Shown: one piece after another, positions 9,633 through 20,125 of the stretch | Layout of the letters: every line of letters begins with the position of its first letter | How positions within the stretch are numbered: position 1 is the first letter of the stretch | Origin: a virus | IMG/VR virus record: IMGVR_UViG_3300042888_002402 | Direction: 5' to 3' (one strand) | DNA: 64,000 bases | Translations under genes and position numbers: made by a program | The notes under the pieces: model-generated | The model's input: only the letters and a program-made list of their open reading frames with translations | Databases searched by the model: none | Told to the model about the DNA's origin: nothing

Positions 9633-11558
9633 TTAGGAGATCAAATCTGGATTGTTTATTCGACGATTGTCGCGACTAAACTTAAATCTATTCACTGCTT
9701 TGGCAGTGCCAGCTGGAGTAGAAAATACCCAACCTTCTTGCCCTGGGTGTTGTAGATCCAACTTGGCTTGCAAATCTTCTTTGATATTGTGTAGCAATAA
9801 AAACGCAGTGAATGCTGCACTCATTCCAGAACTATTGCTTCGTGGACTGCTGAGATATTCCACAATATTGTTGTATTTGCGAGCCGAAACTTTACCTTTC
9901 AAATATGTGCCAAACCCTGGCAGCAATGTAGCAGGATCAAATCTCACAACAGATTCGTCACCAACCAAACTGTTGATATAATCAACACAAAGTTTAGGCA
10001 AGTCTGTGATTTCTAATGCACGAAGTTCGGCAGGATTAAACAAACCATCAATGTCCGAACTGTATGTGGCCAGCAATGCTTTTAAAGATTTAATATATGT
10101 AGATTCTGGTCGAACTGGCTCTTTGGCTGTCACTGGTTCAATTAACAACAGACCAGGAACTTTTCTTAGTTTATCAAATTCTGTTTGAGTCAGTGCTTGT
10201 TTTGGTGCGCCAACTTCGGGATAGTATGTATGAACTGCAACACCAACATCGGTGCCTTGGATTCGCTGACCTACGTCACTGGCAGCTGGAATACGGTATT
10301 CAATGGTGTTGGGTGTAAATTCGTAGTTGCCGGCCACCAATGGTGGTTGAGTCATATACAACAAATCACCGTGTATAAATCCGCGAAAGTTTTTGGGCAC
10401 TGCGGCTTCAAGCAAGGGCCACAATGTTTGGTATATAGGAACTAATTCTTCTGTGCGTGTGGCCGCATTGCCTTTGGCACGTGCAGTTGCATCACGTTGT
10501 GCCATTTGATTTGCCAAAGCCTGAGGGCTCGTAAACAATCCATTGTAGCCTTTGGCTCCAAATCCTGCAACATCAGTCAGTATAAACTGTCCACTGGCAT
10601 CACGTCCAAATATAATGGCTGGTTTTCCGTCCCATTTGATTGTGGTTGTTTTGGTATCTTCGCTCACATGCTTGATAATGGCCAATGCTTCTTTCACGCC
10701 ACGTGTGCCTTTACGAAACACAAGATCTTCAAGATGTTCAATGCCTTTGGCTTTGCCCCCAACATTGGCAGTATCTGCAGATTCAACCAATGGTCGCATG
10801 CCTTGATTCACAATACGATCTCTCAAGCGAGCTAAAAAGTTTGTGTCAGACTCGCCGCGTGTTTCAAAAAATGGTACACCTTGTCTAGCAAAGTGTTCTC
10901 TGGCATCTGCTAGTTTAGCATCACGTTTGGGATCCGTGGCCAAGGCCTGTATGATGGTTTCTACACTGTACAAATCATCTCTGGTGGCTCGGTTGTTTAG
11001 CAATAACTTAGCCACTTTATCGGGGTCATCTGTGATAATTTGGTCTGTGGCACGATCAGCAATGCCAGCAATTTGATTCAGCTTGTAACCCATGCTCTTG
11101 GCCATGGAGTTCATTAGAACGTTACGATCAACACCTTTGTATTCTGAATTGGCTGGCGCAGTCAGCACAAATTTTGACCATGGCACGTTCTTTAAAAACA
11201 TAAAGTCTGTTTGCACATGTCCATTGGCTGGATTACCAGCTATGGGCGTTTTAAAATGCACTGCAACGCCTGTTTTCTTCACATAGTCTTCGGGTTTGAA
11301 ACCATGACTTTGTACCCATTGTCCAAGCCTTGTTGTCAATTGTTCTTTGGTTACTCGGTTGGCATCAACTGCAACATCCAAGTCCCCCGATGTGGGCTTT
11401 AATCCTGTGCTGCCCAGTGTGTTGTTTTGTAAATCAAGACCTGGCAACATCATGTCTAACCAAGCAAGTGTAGGTTTAACATCAGTTTGATTGATACGTT
11501 GTGTAAGGGCACGGCCGTCGCCGTCTTTGAATATATTGCCACCTTCGAATATGTTCAT
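9633..11558 (-). CDS. Fusion: Pol-beta-like nucleotidyltransferase domain plus KxDG ligase-like (DUF6267-type) domain
   Basis: LGSTG...SGDLDVAV...VQTDF; HLEDLV...TIKWDGKPAIIFG...IHGDLLY...EGWV...AKAVNR. Confidence 0.7.
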   Translation of the reverse strand: MNIFEGGNIFKDGDGRALTQRINQTDVKPTLAWLDMMLPGLDLQNNTLGSTGLKPTSGDLDVAVDANRVTKEQLTTRLGQWVQSHGFKPEDYVKKTGVAVHFKTPIAGNPANGHVQTDFMFLKNVPWSKFVLTAPANSEYKGVDRNVLMNSMAKSMGYKLNQIAGIADRATDQIITDDPDKVAKLLLNNRATRDDLYSVETIIQALATDPKRDAKLADAREHFARQGVPFFETRGESDTNFLARLRDRIVNQGMRPLVESADTANVGGKAKGIEHLEDLVFRKGTRGVKEALAIIKHVSEDTKTTTIKWDGKPAIIFGRDASGQFILTDVAGFGAKGYNGLFTSPQALANQMAQRDATARAKGNAATRTEELVPIYQTLWPLLEAAVPKNFRGFIHGDLLYMTQPPLVAGNYEFTPNTIEYRIPAASDVGQRIQGTDVGVAVHTYYPEVGAPKQALTQTEFDKLRKVPGLLLIEPVTAKEPVRPESTYIKSLKALLATYSSDIDGLFNPAELRALEITDLPKLCVDYINSLVGDESVVRFDPATLLPGFGTYLKGKVSARKYNNIVEYLSSPRSNSSGMSAAFTAFLLLHNIKEDLQAKLDLQHPGQEGWVFSTPAGTAKAVNRFKFSRDNRRINNPDLIS

Positions 11559-12607
11559 CGCGGTCTAAACCCCATGGCTATCAGTAATGCATCAACTTGC
11601 CCATTCCCGGTGGGGTTAAATTCTCTTGGTGCTCTTGTTGATGTTCTCAAAGCTTGGCCTGCGGCCGATAATTTAGGAGCACTCAAATCAAAAGGTGCCA
11701 ATGCTTTTAATATATCTGGGTTGGTAGAATTATCTGTAGGGCTAAGAGTAACTCTGGTTCCTGGATTTTTGTTTTTGGTTTGTTGACCAATTGCTTGTAC
11801 ACCAGCAGTGGCCAGTTGAGCATATTTTGCAATTGCCTGGTCTTGTTGAACTGTGCCTTGAGTCTGTACAATGATATCCAGCAAGTTTGACAATTGAGCA
11901 CCAATGCCGGGCAACCGTCGAACATCGTCCATGGTAATCTGTTCATAGGTAGTAGGATCTTTGGTTGCAAACTTTGCATCAGACCAATCAACAAATGCTT
12001 GCCTGTATGCATCCACTTGTCTTGCATCTTCTGTGACTGGAGCATTGCCATGCTGAGCCATATAGCTTTTAACAATAGATGCATTTTTTGGGTCGTTGGG
12101 ATCTATTTGTTTACCGCCTATATATATCGGCGGCATAACTGGATTGGTTGCTGCCGCTGGACCCGCACCGGGTGCGGCTGGTGCTGAAGGAGCTGCTTGT
12201 ACTGCACCTGCTTCGGCTTTTTTCCAGGCTGCAGTTACGGAATTGGCCCATTGGTTAATACCAGGATTTTGTTCAATTTGCTTTAGTTTGTCTTCCCATT
12301 TGTCGCTGGGTTTTTGATACTGTGTTCCAAATCCTTTTTTCTCCATGCTTTGTGCTACTCCAGCAGCAGATCCAGCATAGTCACCGGTCATTCGTTGCAG
12401 TGCTCCGGGCATGGCGCCATGTGCTTGTTTATTAAGATCCATGATCTTGTTGCCAGCTTGAGCAAGTTTAGTATTGGTGTATTTGTTTGCTTGGCCAATT
12501 TTGTCTATGGCAGGACCCACTGCACCTTTGACTGCACTGCTGGCGGATTTTAGTTTGTCCATAAATCCTTCATTCAATGACGTTTGTGTTAGTTCATGTA
12601 TTTGCAT
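11555..12607 (-). CDS. Hypothetical (putative head-internal) protein
   Basis: MQIHELTQTSLNEG start; Ala/Lys-rich. Confidence 0.7.
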   Translation of the reverse strand: MQIHELTQTSLNEGFMDKLKSASSAVKGAVGPAIDKIGQANKYTNTKLAQAGNKIMDLNKQAHGAMPGALQRMTGDYAGSAAGVAQSMEKKGFGTQYQKPSDKWEDKLKQIEQNPGINQWANSVTAAWKKAEAGAVQAAPSAPAAPGAGPAAATNPVMPPIYIGGKQIDPNDPKNASIVKSYMAQHGNAPVTEDARQVDAYRQAFVDWSDAKFATKDPTTYEQITMDDVRRLPGIGAQLSNLLDIIVQTQGTVQQDQAIAKYAQLATAGVQAIGQQTKNKNPGTRVTLSPTDNSTNPDILKALAPFDLSAPKLSAAGQALRTSTRAPREFNPTGNGQVDALLIAMGFRPR

Positions 12608-12842
12608 CTGTACGCCTTACTGTGCGAGTAAATTTGTCAGGATCTCTGAGTCGAATTGCATTGATCAATTTACGTTGCAGATTATCTGCTTGTTCCGGAG
12701 TGTAGCTAGCTTCTATTTGTTCTAGTAGTCTTATGGCACTGGCAATAATGTTGGCGGCGCGACTTTCTATAACATGACGCTGATCGCGTTCTGCATATAG
12801 ACTATCTAACTCTTCTAATAAACTCCGTGTTTTCTTTTGCAT
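12594..12842 (-). CDS. Hypothetical protein
   Basis: 82 aa; late box 12864-12869. Confidence 0.7.
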   Translation of the reverse strand: MQKKTRSLLEELDSLYAERDQRHVIESRAANIIASAIRLLEQIEASYTPEQADNLQRKLINAIRLRDPDKFTRTVRRTDANT

Positions 12843-12907
12843 TTTGGCTCAGAACCTTTGAAGTATTTATTTTAAAAAAAAGATTGTTAGTGTTGTATGA
12901 CTAGATA

Positions 12908-14311
12908 TCATGATTGTTTAATTTGCCCCAACAGTTGTTTGAGTTTAGCACTGTTTACATCTGCAGTGACCTTACTGATTTCGCCTGTATCTTGATTTAC
13001 AGATTCAGTCACACGACTTTGTGTTTTAATACTATCATATATACTGGGTTTTTTAACAAATCCTCCGGAAGATTCATCAGCTGATTCACCAGAGTCTGTA
13101 ATTCGCATGGTTTCAATATTGTATTCTAAATCAATTTTTTGACCTACTCCGGTACTACTACGACTTTTCATACATTGTATTTGATAACGCCCACGTTCTT
13201 TCATTGCGCGACTTGTAAAAATGCCAAACACATTGTCTGCAGTATTGATTTTAGATATACCACCCGAAATATGACTGTGATCAAATTCAACTTCTTCAAC
13301 TGCTGATCGATTCAACTGACTGGCAGTGACAAACAACACATTGAGTTCTTTGGCCAAGTTGCGTAGTTCTTCACTCACATACTTGTCCTTGACAAACAAA
13401 TCATTAGGACTAACCTTGGCACTGACCGGCATCAACAAATCCAAATAATCAACCATGACAAAGTCCACACGCAGTCCTGTTTGTATCTGGACTTCTTTAA
13501 TATAACTTCTGATATCATTGATGTTGCTTTGTGCTGGCAGTGCTTTGACTCTGTACTGCCCGGACTTTTTGGCCATCATTTTGACTTTGAGTTCTGTGGT
13601 ATCAATGTCTCGACGAATTTCTTTAGTGCCCATGTTGGTCAACATGGCATCTGTTCTTAGTGCACATAGATCTTCACTTAGCTCTAAACTGATGTAAACT
13701 CCGCTGAGTCCTTGTTGCAACCAGTTCAATGCCATATTCATCATCACAAGACTTTTACCAGATCCAGAGCCGCCGGCAAAGATGTTCAATTCACCACGAC
13801 TAAATCCACCATACAACAGTCGATCCATTTGAGGCCACCCTGTACTGACTTGGCCGCCTGAATTAAAATATCTATTGATACGCAGTGCAGGGTCATCGAA
13901 ATAGTCTATGCCCATGTCTTTGGTCAGACTGATCTGCACTGCATCTTTAATTAGTTTTTCTACAGGGTCATAGTCACCTTTTTCTAACAAGTCTGCTGAC
14001 TTTAAAATTGCTCGTTCTAGTTCTTGCCTACGAGTAAAACTTTCAAACTCCTGCATGAACCATTCAAAGTGGCCTTCGTTCAGATCTGGAATAGTATTCA
14101 GCTTAACACCTGTACTGGCACCAATCTGTTCCACAGTTGGTAGCGTCTTATACTGATCACTGTGGGTAGCAATAAACTCGGCAGCCGATCTTAAACTTCG
14201 ATCAAAATTCTCAGGATTGTAGATGTTTTGCACACGTATATAGCTACTTGCATCTTGCAGCATCATTTCTAAAAACAATCGTTGAACTTCAAGTCCGTAT
14301 TCTTTTAACAA
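12908..14311 (-). CDS. gp41: Replicative DnaB-like helicase
   Basis: AGGSGSGKS, VYISLE, VMVDYLDL, TASQLNR, KSR. Confidence 0.93.
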   Translation of the reverse strand: MLKEYGLEVQRLFLEMMLQDASSYIRVQNIYNPENFDRSLRSAAEFIATHSDQYKTLPTVEQIGASTGVKLNTIPDLNEGHFEWFMQEFESFTRRQELERAILKSADLLEKGDYDPVEKLIKDAVQISLTKDMGIDYFDDPALRINRYFNSGGQVSTGWPQMDRLLYGGFSRGELNIFAGGSGSGKSLVMMNMALNWLQQGLSGVYISLELSEDLCALRTDAMLTNMGTKEIRRDIDTTELKVKMMAKKSGQYRVKALPAQSNINDIRSYIKEVQIQTGLRVDFVMVDYLDLLMPVSAKVSPNDLFVKDKYVSEELRNLAKELNVLFVTASQLNRSAVEEVEFDHSHISGGISKINTADNVFGIFTSRAMKERGRYQIQCMKSRSSTGVGQKIDLEYNIETMRITDSGESADESSGGFVKKPSIYDSIKTQSRVTESVNQDTGEISKVTADVNSAKLKQLLGQIKQS

Positions 14312-15423
14312 TTTAATTCCTTATAATATTTTCCTACTGCCAAACTGGTTCTCCAGTTAGTATTTCTTCTATTATCAATTTTATCTAACATTGATGTCCA
14401 GTTATTATCTTCATTGATCGTCAGTGTATTTTTAATATAATTACCTATTCCGGATAGTTCCGGAATAGATCCTAAATGATCTATTATATGATTTTTTACA
14501 GCAATTGGCAAAAATTTAATATTAAAATTATTAGCCAATTGCCAGCAAAAATCGGATTTATCGCCTTCTCTATTTGTTTGTAAATTTTCACTGAACCAAT
14601 GCCACACATCGAGTGTTTCAAAGATATTATAACATCCAACTGTCATATTAACTCCAAACATAACATTTCCAGGTAAACTTTTTTTCATTGCCATAATGTT
14701 ATCACTTACAGATTTCCAATTACCCGGCCATCTTACATATTCAAATGCTAGCTCAGTTGCATCGATGCTGAAAAATAGTTTAACTAACTTAGCACCACTC
14801 CATAAATCTATTATTTTATCACTGGGCATAACAGTACCATTGGTATTGTAACTTATAAATGTATTTTTTAATACACCTTGATCTTTTAATTTTTCTAATA
14901 ACTTAATTTGATCATTGTTTAACAATGGTTCTCCACCATTGAAGTGTATTTTTTGTATATTTGTAAAATCTAATCTATCTAAAAAACTATTTGACTTTTG
15001 AAACTTTCTTCCTATGTTAATCAATTCAGTCTGTGTATAGTTTAACTCGGTTGCCCATAGACTACTATTTTCTGGACCGCACATAATACAGGCAAGATTA
15101 CATGCCCATGTTGCACTATGATCAATGCATGCTAACTCTACCAAATCAGATGGTGGAAGATTGTAAAATTCAATAGCACTTTGTCGGCGACTTTTGTGTC
15201 CAATTGCTTCCGCATCCCAACACCGAGAACATTCCAACGGTTTTACTCCACGAGCAAACTCAGATCGAAGATGTGTTAAATGAGGGCTTTTATAAAAATC
15301 AAAAGTATCAACTGCTTCAATTTTTGAAACTGCCTGACAGCACGGTGCAACACTGATATCATTGTCGTTAACTCGATCTATATATATGCTACGATAAATT
15401 TCAGGACACCAATTATGACTCAT
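14305..15423 (-). CDS. Radical SAM protein with N-terminal SPASM/twitch-like Cys cluster
   Basis: CNLACIMC, FNGGEP, YNTNG, FSID; N-terminal C...CC...CxxC. Confidence 0.9.
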   Translation of the reverse strand: MSHNWCPEIYRSIYIDRVNDNDISVAPCCQAVSKIEAVDTFDFYKSPHLTHLRSEFARGVKPLECSRCWDAEAIGHKSRRQSAIEFYNLPPSDLVELACIDHSATWACNLACIMCGPENSSLWATELNYTQTELINIGRKFQKSNSFLDRLDFTNIQKIHFNGGEPLLNNDQIKLLEKLKDQGVLKNTFISYNTNGTVMPSDKIIDLWSGAKLVKLFFSIDATELAFEYVRWPGNWKSVSDNIMAMKKSLPGNVMFGVNMTVGCYNIFETLDVWHWFSENLQTNREGDKSDFCWQLANNFNIKFLPIAVKNHIIDHLGSIPELSGIGNYIKNTLTINEDNNWTSMLDKIDNRRNTNWRTSLAVGKYYKELNC

Positions 15424-16124
15424 AATATACCGGCATTTCTAAGATGATGTATACATTCATTGGTAAATGCTGATTGTATAATGTCATCGTCAACATGAAA
15501 ATACGGCCGAGGTTGATGGCATTGATGGTTCCAAAGATTTATTTTTAAGGCCTGCGAACTGTATTCATTGATATGATTTTTTATAAAGTTTTTATTGACA
15601 ATTGATGAATAATCAACTTTATCCATACCGCCCAAGCTGTAACAAAAGGGTATATTTTGTTTTTCTAATAACTGAAAACAGTAGTGTATTAAGAAATAAT
15701 TTTTCATAACTTCAAATTCATCGGATATTACTGTGGTGTTCCAATTATTGATAAGTTTAGCCATGGATTCGTTACCTAATAATCTACTACTTGTAGTATA
15801 ACGATCGTTACTAAATTCCTTAACAGCCTCAACACTGACATCTTTAGGGTAATATATATTTTTATTTCGATCAATTTCGTGTCTATGTGTTGAAGTAAAT
15901 AACAATATCACAAAATCTGGATTAAATTGCAATCCTTGCAGTAGTTGTAGTACTATAAGAGCATTACTATCACCGCCGTGTGCTAAATTATGTAATTCAA
16001 ATACCGGAGGAGTTTGATTTAAAATCTTTTCGCTAAAGTGTAGGCCAGGAAAATCAGGATCAATTACTCCAAAACTGTCAGCACAAATTAATACTTGTTT
16101 TAATTCACTGTGTTTTTTTAACAA
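15420..16124 (-). CDS. SGNH-like protein
   Basis: CADSFG, NLAHGGDSN, C-terminal FH. Confidence 0.6.
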   Translation of the reverse strand: MLKKHSELKQVLICADSFGVIDPDFPGLHFSEKILNQTPPVFELHNLAHGGDSNALIVLQLLQGLQFNPDFVILLFTSTHRHEIDRNKNIYYPKDVSVEAVKEFSNDRYTTSSRLLGNESMAKLINNWNTTVISDEFEVMKNYFLIHYCFQLLEKQNIPFCYSLGGMDKVDYSSIVNKNFIKNHINEYSSQALKINLWNHQCHQPRPYFHVDDDIIQSAFTNECIHHLRNAGIL

Positions 16125-17073
16125 GTTGTCGTTTCCTTAGTTCTATTTTTAACTTGGTAGTTTCTCTTGCTTGAAATATAGTTATCATGGTTGCTAACTT
16201 TCCCATTTTAACCACTGCGTCATTTACATCTTTAATGCCATCAGGCCAGTCTGGAATACTAACTGCCCATCCCAATTCTACTGCTCGATCAACCAGTTCC
16301 ACACCGGCCGCATCATGATCCGGTACCACTGTGATATCTTTACCCAGGCTTCTTATCAGTCTTGCTTGTGCATCGTTTATGGTGTTATGCATCAGTGCTA
16401 GCCCACCAATACACAATGCATCAAATATGCCTTCCATGACCAACACATGTTGCCAGTTAGGCAGTTGTAAATCTGTGCCGAACACATACCCAGGTTGGCT
16501 GTGATTGATATATTTTGGACCAGAGCCACTTAACATTCTAGCACACCATCCAACCAGAGTGTCGTTATAGGTAAATGGAATAATCACATGATCACGTGTC
16601 CAGTGAACACCATCATGCTGCATTTGTACCATTATGGGATAATCCTCTGGTACACATCTTGATCTTATGTATGCCCAATATGCTGTGTGTTCTGGTGTTA
16701 GTAATTCCACATGCGGAGGAAAGTCTTCTTTTTCTTCAAATTTAATTTCACTCAATGCATTAAAGATCTGCTGACGTTCATCCAATATTCCTTCGATACT
16801 GCGGTGTTTTAAACTTTCTAAATTGAGTAGATCAATATCTCGTGCTGGAACATTTAACAATCCCAGTAGTTTGCGAGCCTTAAATCCCACAGTGCGGCCA
16901 AGAATAAAACTTGCGGTAAATTGACAATTGAAGCAATGATAGCTCCAACCTTTTTCACTGACTTTCAACCCACCTCTTTGCCGCTTGTCTGCACAACAGG
17001 GTGCATTAAAACTAATCCAACCACTGGGAGTAGATTTTCTTTTAACAGGCAAATAAGAAACCACATCAATCAT
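16105..17073 (-). CDS. gp61: DNA primase
   Basis: Zn finger (PCC...YHCFNC), PKY, TOPRIM EGIFDA, PDHD, KDVND. Confidence 0.9.
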   Translation of the reverse strand: MIDVVSYLPVKRKSTPSGWISFNAPCCADKRQRGGLKVSEKGWSYHCFNCQFTASFILGRTVGFKARKLLGLLNVPARDIDLLNLESLKHRSIEGILDERQQIFNALSEIKFEEKEDFPPHVELLTPEHTAYWAYIRSRCVPEDYPIMVQMQHDGVHWTRDHVIIPFTYNDTLVGWCARMLSGSGPKYINHSQPGYVFGTDLQLPNWQHVLVMEGIFDALCIGGLALMHNTINDAQARLIRSLGKDITVVPDHDAAGVELVDRAVELGWAVSIPDWPDGIKDVNDAVVKMGKLATMITIFQARETTKLKIELRKRQLVKKTQ

Positions 17074-17079
17074 GTAGTT

Positions 17080-17108
17080 ATTTTAACACATTTATCTCTG
17101 TAGATCAA
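17080..17108 (-). promoter_or_regulatory. Sigma70 promoter, leaderless start of primase
   Basis: TTGATC-17-TAAAAT, ATG 6 nt downstream. Confidence 0.7.
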
Positions 17109-17110
17109 CG

Positions 17111-18265
17111 TTATCGATAAAACAAATCAATCACGTAACCGGTACTGATAACAACCAGGGCACCTTGACCGCTTGGGGGCACTGGATAATAAGGAGTATT
17201 GATACCAGCATTTGGCACCAGCCAATATCCAGATCCGCCATTGGTCACTGTGATGCTGGCAACGCTGCCATTGCTGCCCAAAGTGGCCACTGCGGTAGCG
17301 CCAGCACCATCACCAATGATGTTAATTTTAGGCGGAGCCAAATAACCACTGCCAGCATTTTGCACTGTTATACTTTGTACTATTCCGTTTGCACATGTGG
17401 CATATGCTAGGGCTGGCACACCCGGTTGATCTGGTACAGCAAATATACTGTTGTTAAAACACAGTCTCAACAACGGGTACCATCCAATTATATTTAAATA
17501 AATGGTGCCTGTGCGATTGTAGTAGGTTGTACTTTCGGTGACATTATAAGGCACTGCTTGATAGTCTTGTGCGGCCTGTGCTTTGATTGTGCCTGTGTAC
17601 CCGTCCAAGGTCATTTGAATAGTGGTTATGGCATTTTGTGGTTTGATAAAACTGCTGTAGAATTCAGTATTTCGGAAACTATTAAAAAAGTTGGCACCAT
17701 TGGGATTACCGCCACCATAATACCAGTCGGCACCTGGATAGTTTTGAAAACTTGTGCCATCTGCGGAACCCTGCGCTGACAGTTTCACAGTGGGAATGGT
17801 CAAAGGAATACTGGGCACAAACTGTGGCAACACACTGTCTACCACATTCAATGGTGCCCTAGCACCAGATTGTGCATTTGTAAACACTGCTTCGGTTAGA
17901 TTTCCACTGGTTCGTGTAATGCTGTAAGTGGCCGGTTCTGCCAGCACTTCCAGTAATTCCGGACCGGTCAGTGTGACTTTGGCTCGGCCCAGTGGTGCAT
18001 TAAGTGTGACCATTGATTTTTCTATCAACAACTCAGTGCCTGCAGTATTGATCACACGGAACAGGAATGTGCTTCCAGTAATGTTGACGGGCTTTTGTTC
18101 TTGATTGATAAATTCAAACAACAGCACATTGTCAACGCCTTTGTTAATTGTTAATTGTTTTGCGTACACAGGGTCATACCTATAAGTGAAAGTTTCGCCG
18201 TCGGCAGTGTCTATCAATAATACTCTGGTAATTTGTTGATATAAATACGCCGTGGTTGAATACAT
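17111..18265 (-). CDS. Virion structural protein (baseplate/tail)
   Basis: Repeated V.SITV.N.GSGY motif; SD GGAG; late box 18281-18286. Confidence 0.7.
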   Translation of the reverse strand: MYSTTAYLYQQITRVLLIDTADGETFTYRYDPVYAKQLTINKGVDNVLLFEFINQEQKPVNITGSTFLFRVINTAGTELLIEKSMVTLNAPLGRAKVTLTGPELLEVLAEPATYSITRTSGNLTEAVFTNAQSGARAPLNVVDSVLPQFVPSIPLTIPTVKLSAQGSADGTSFQNYPGADWYYGGGNPNGANFFNSFRNTEFYSSFIKPQNAITTIQMTLDGYTGTIKAQAAQDYQAVPYNVTESTTYYNRTGTIYLNIIGWYPLLRLCFNNSIFAVPDQPGVPALAYATCANGIVQSITVQNAGSGYLAPPKINIIGDGAGATAVATLGSNGSVASITVTNGGSGYWLVPNAGINTPYYPVPPSGQGALVVISTGYVIDLFYR

Positions 18266-18285
18266 AAGGATCTCCAACAATATTT

Positions 18286-18663
18286 ATGGGCAATGACTTG
18301 TTTGCAAAATTAGCTGAAAAATATCCGTTTATAACGCTTTGCGTCTACGCCTCTACAGAATACGTGGGAATTGTGCAAAATCAAGATGATATAATAACAA
18401 CAATTTACGATTTTGGAAACATTATTGATATTGATCAAAAGCGGTTGTTTTTAGAACTTGCCAATGTTTGGTGGTGGGAAAGCAATCGCAGTATACCTAT
18501 TAATATTTTTTTAAAATCTGACTGGGATCCATTTAAAAGTTATTTGAAAACTTTTAGCAACAAAGATCTTACAATATTACACGGGCCTGTTTGTAGCCTA
18601 ATAGAAATGAGTCGACGCAAAACCAAACGCAAATCAATTACACTGGTTCGTCGGCTTGATTAA
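18286..18663 (+). CDS. Hypothetical protein
   Basis: WWWESNRSIPINIFL; late box 18242-18247. Confidence 0.7.
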   Translation: MGNDLFAKLAEKYPFITLCVYASTEYVGIVQNQDDIITTIYDFGNIIDIDQKRLFLELANVWWWESNRSIPINIFLKSDWDPFKSYLKTFSNKDLTILHGPVCSLIEMSRRKTKRKSITLVRRLD

Positions 18664-19216
18664 GCAAATTCATATGAAGTGCTACCAAAGCTGCATAGCT
18701 TAATGCATGAGATTTTTTAAAAGTGTATCCTCGGCTATCATCTCTGTTCCACACAGATTCAAACACTTCTTTCCAAGATTTATTTTGTAGGTGAGCTTTG
18801 CCCGGACGTATTATACTAATAAACGCTGCCATTCTGGGAATGCTGTCGGGTCGCATTGATTTTAACAATTCTGTGTAATTGCCCACATGTGCCAACTGAC
18901 CTGCCCATGATGAGTCTTGCCACAATCTATTCCACGGCGGTGTAGCCGCTAACATTTCTTTATAGTGTTCAGAATTTTTAATAAGCTGATACACACTCAT
19001 GTTTAAAAAATCAATTTTAAAATATCCACGTTGTTCTGCAGACTCATAATCAATGGCTGCACAATTATTAATAGGATCTCTTGGTATATCTGTGACATAA
19101 ATTCCAGAATTATGCCGCCTGGCTTGTCCTTGAACTATTTGTCGTGCAGGCGTGTGCTGAATTAATTTTAAAATTTGTTCTCGATCAGCAAAATCAATAT
19201 CAATATCTGCACTCAT
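18638..19216 (-). CDS. Minimal DNA polymerase III alpha (DnaE)-like catalytic domain
   Basis: DIDIDF, RHNSGIYV, KIDFL, IRPG, YTFKKSHALSYA within 192 aa. Confidence 0.85.
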   Translation of the reverse strand: MSADIDIDFADREQILKLIQHTPARQIVQGQARRHNSGIYVTDIPRDPINNCAAIDYESAEQRGYFKIDFLNMSVYQLIKNSEHYKEMLAATPPWNRLWQDSSWAGQLAHVGNYTELLKSMRPDSIPRMAAFISIIRPGKAHLQNKSWKEVFESVWNRDDSRGYTFKKSHALSYAALVALHMNLLNQADEPV

Positions 19217-20124
19217 TTAAAATAATTCCATTTAAGGGTTGCGTTAACATATGCTTCTTCCAGCAAATCTAATTCTGGTAATGTTACACTGCTATTTGTT
19301 AGTAGTTGTTCTACTAGACTATCACACTTGTGTTTTGAATTTTTATATGGTTGTCGAATTAAAAATTCTTCGTGTATTTTTACAATTCTATCTTGACAAT
19401 TATAACTTAGTTGTGCCCAGTCAGCAAGTTTTTTAATTTCTAGTAAGAATTGAGTTGTATTATAAAAACATGAAAAGGGAAATACATATACTTGTAACGA
19501 TTCACTGTATTTTACATCAAGCTGTCGAGCCATAAATCCCATCTTTGTTGGATTTTCAAAACCAATTTGAAAAAATTCTCGAAGGACCTTGCGTGGACAA
19601 TCAGGCAATTCAGATGACAATTCAAGTAATTTTAAATTATGTTGTGTTCTACATTCATCCTGAATCCATGTAGGTAATTTTTTAAAATCATCTAGGGTAT
19701 TGATATCTGGCCAAGATGAATCTTTAACTGCATGGTAACTTTGTCGTACTTGATTTACAAAAAAATTATCTATTAATGTGTCGAGTACCCATATGTAAGA
19801 TGAAGTGTTTAACTTATTGAATGTGTCTATTTCAAGTAAATTATTGTCAATATTCCAGCCACCTGCTCTTAATAAACTAATTTGTTGTAATTGTAATAAA
19901 TCAGTGGTATCGATTTGTATACTAACTATTTTGTCTGATACAAATGGTACATTGCTGTAAGAGTAATGATCCGCATAAAATATCTTTTGTGATTTATAAC
20001 GTTTGTTATGCGCCGCGCCAAGATTACTAAACGGTAATCCATCAACTGCTACTCCTGCTATGACATTGCATACAAATTCTAAATAATGTCCATGGGCACC
20101 ACCTTGAAAATCAACATGTATCAT
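19213..20124 (-). CDS. Hypothetical, possibly sulfotransferase-like, carrying the SWP module
   Basis: N-terminal DFQGGAHGHYL loop; SWP module 19651-19737. Confidence 0.5.
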   Translation of the reverse strand: MIHVDFQGGAHGHYLEFVCNVIAGVAVDGLPFSNLGAAHNKRYKSQKIFYADHYSYSNVPFVSDKIVSIQIDTTDLLQLQQISLLRAGGWNIDNNLLEIDTFNKLNTSSYIWVLDTLIDNFFVNQVRQSYHAVKDSSWPDINTLDDFKKLPTWIQDECRTQHNLKLLELSSELPDCPRKVLREFFQIGFENPTKMGFMARQLDVKYSESLQVYVFPFSCFYNTTQFLLEIKKLADWAQLSYNCQDRIVKIHEEFLIRQPYKNSKHKCDSLVEQLLTNSSVTLPELDLLEEAYVNATLKWNYFK

Positions 20125-20125
20125 A

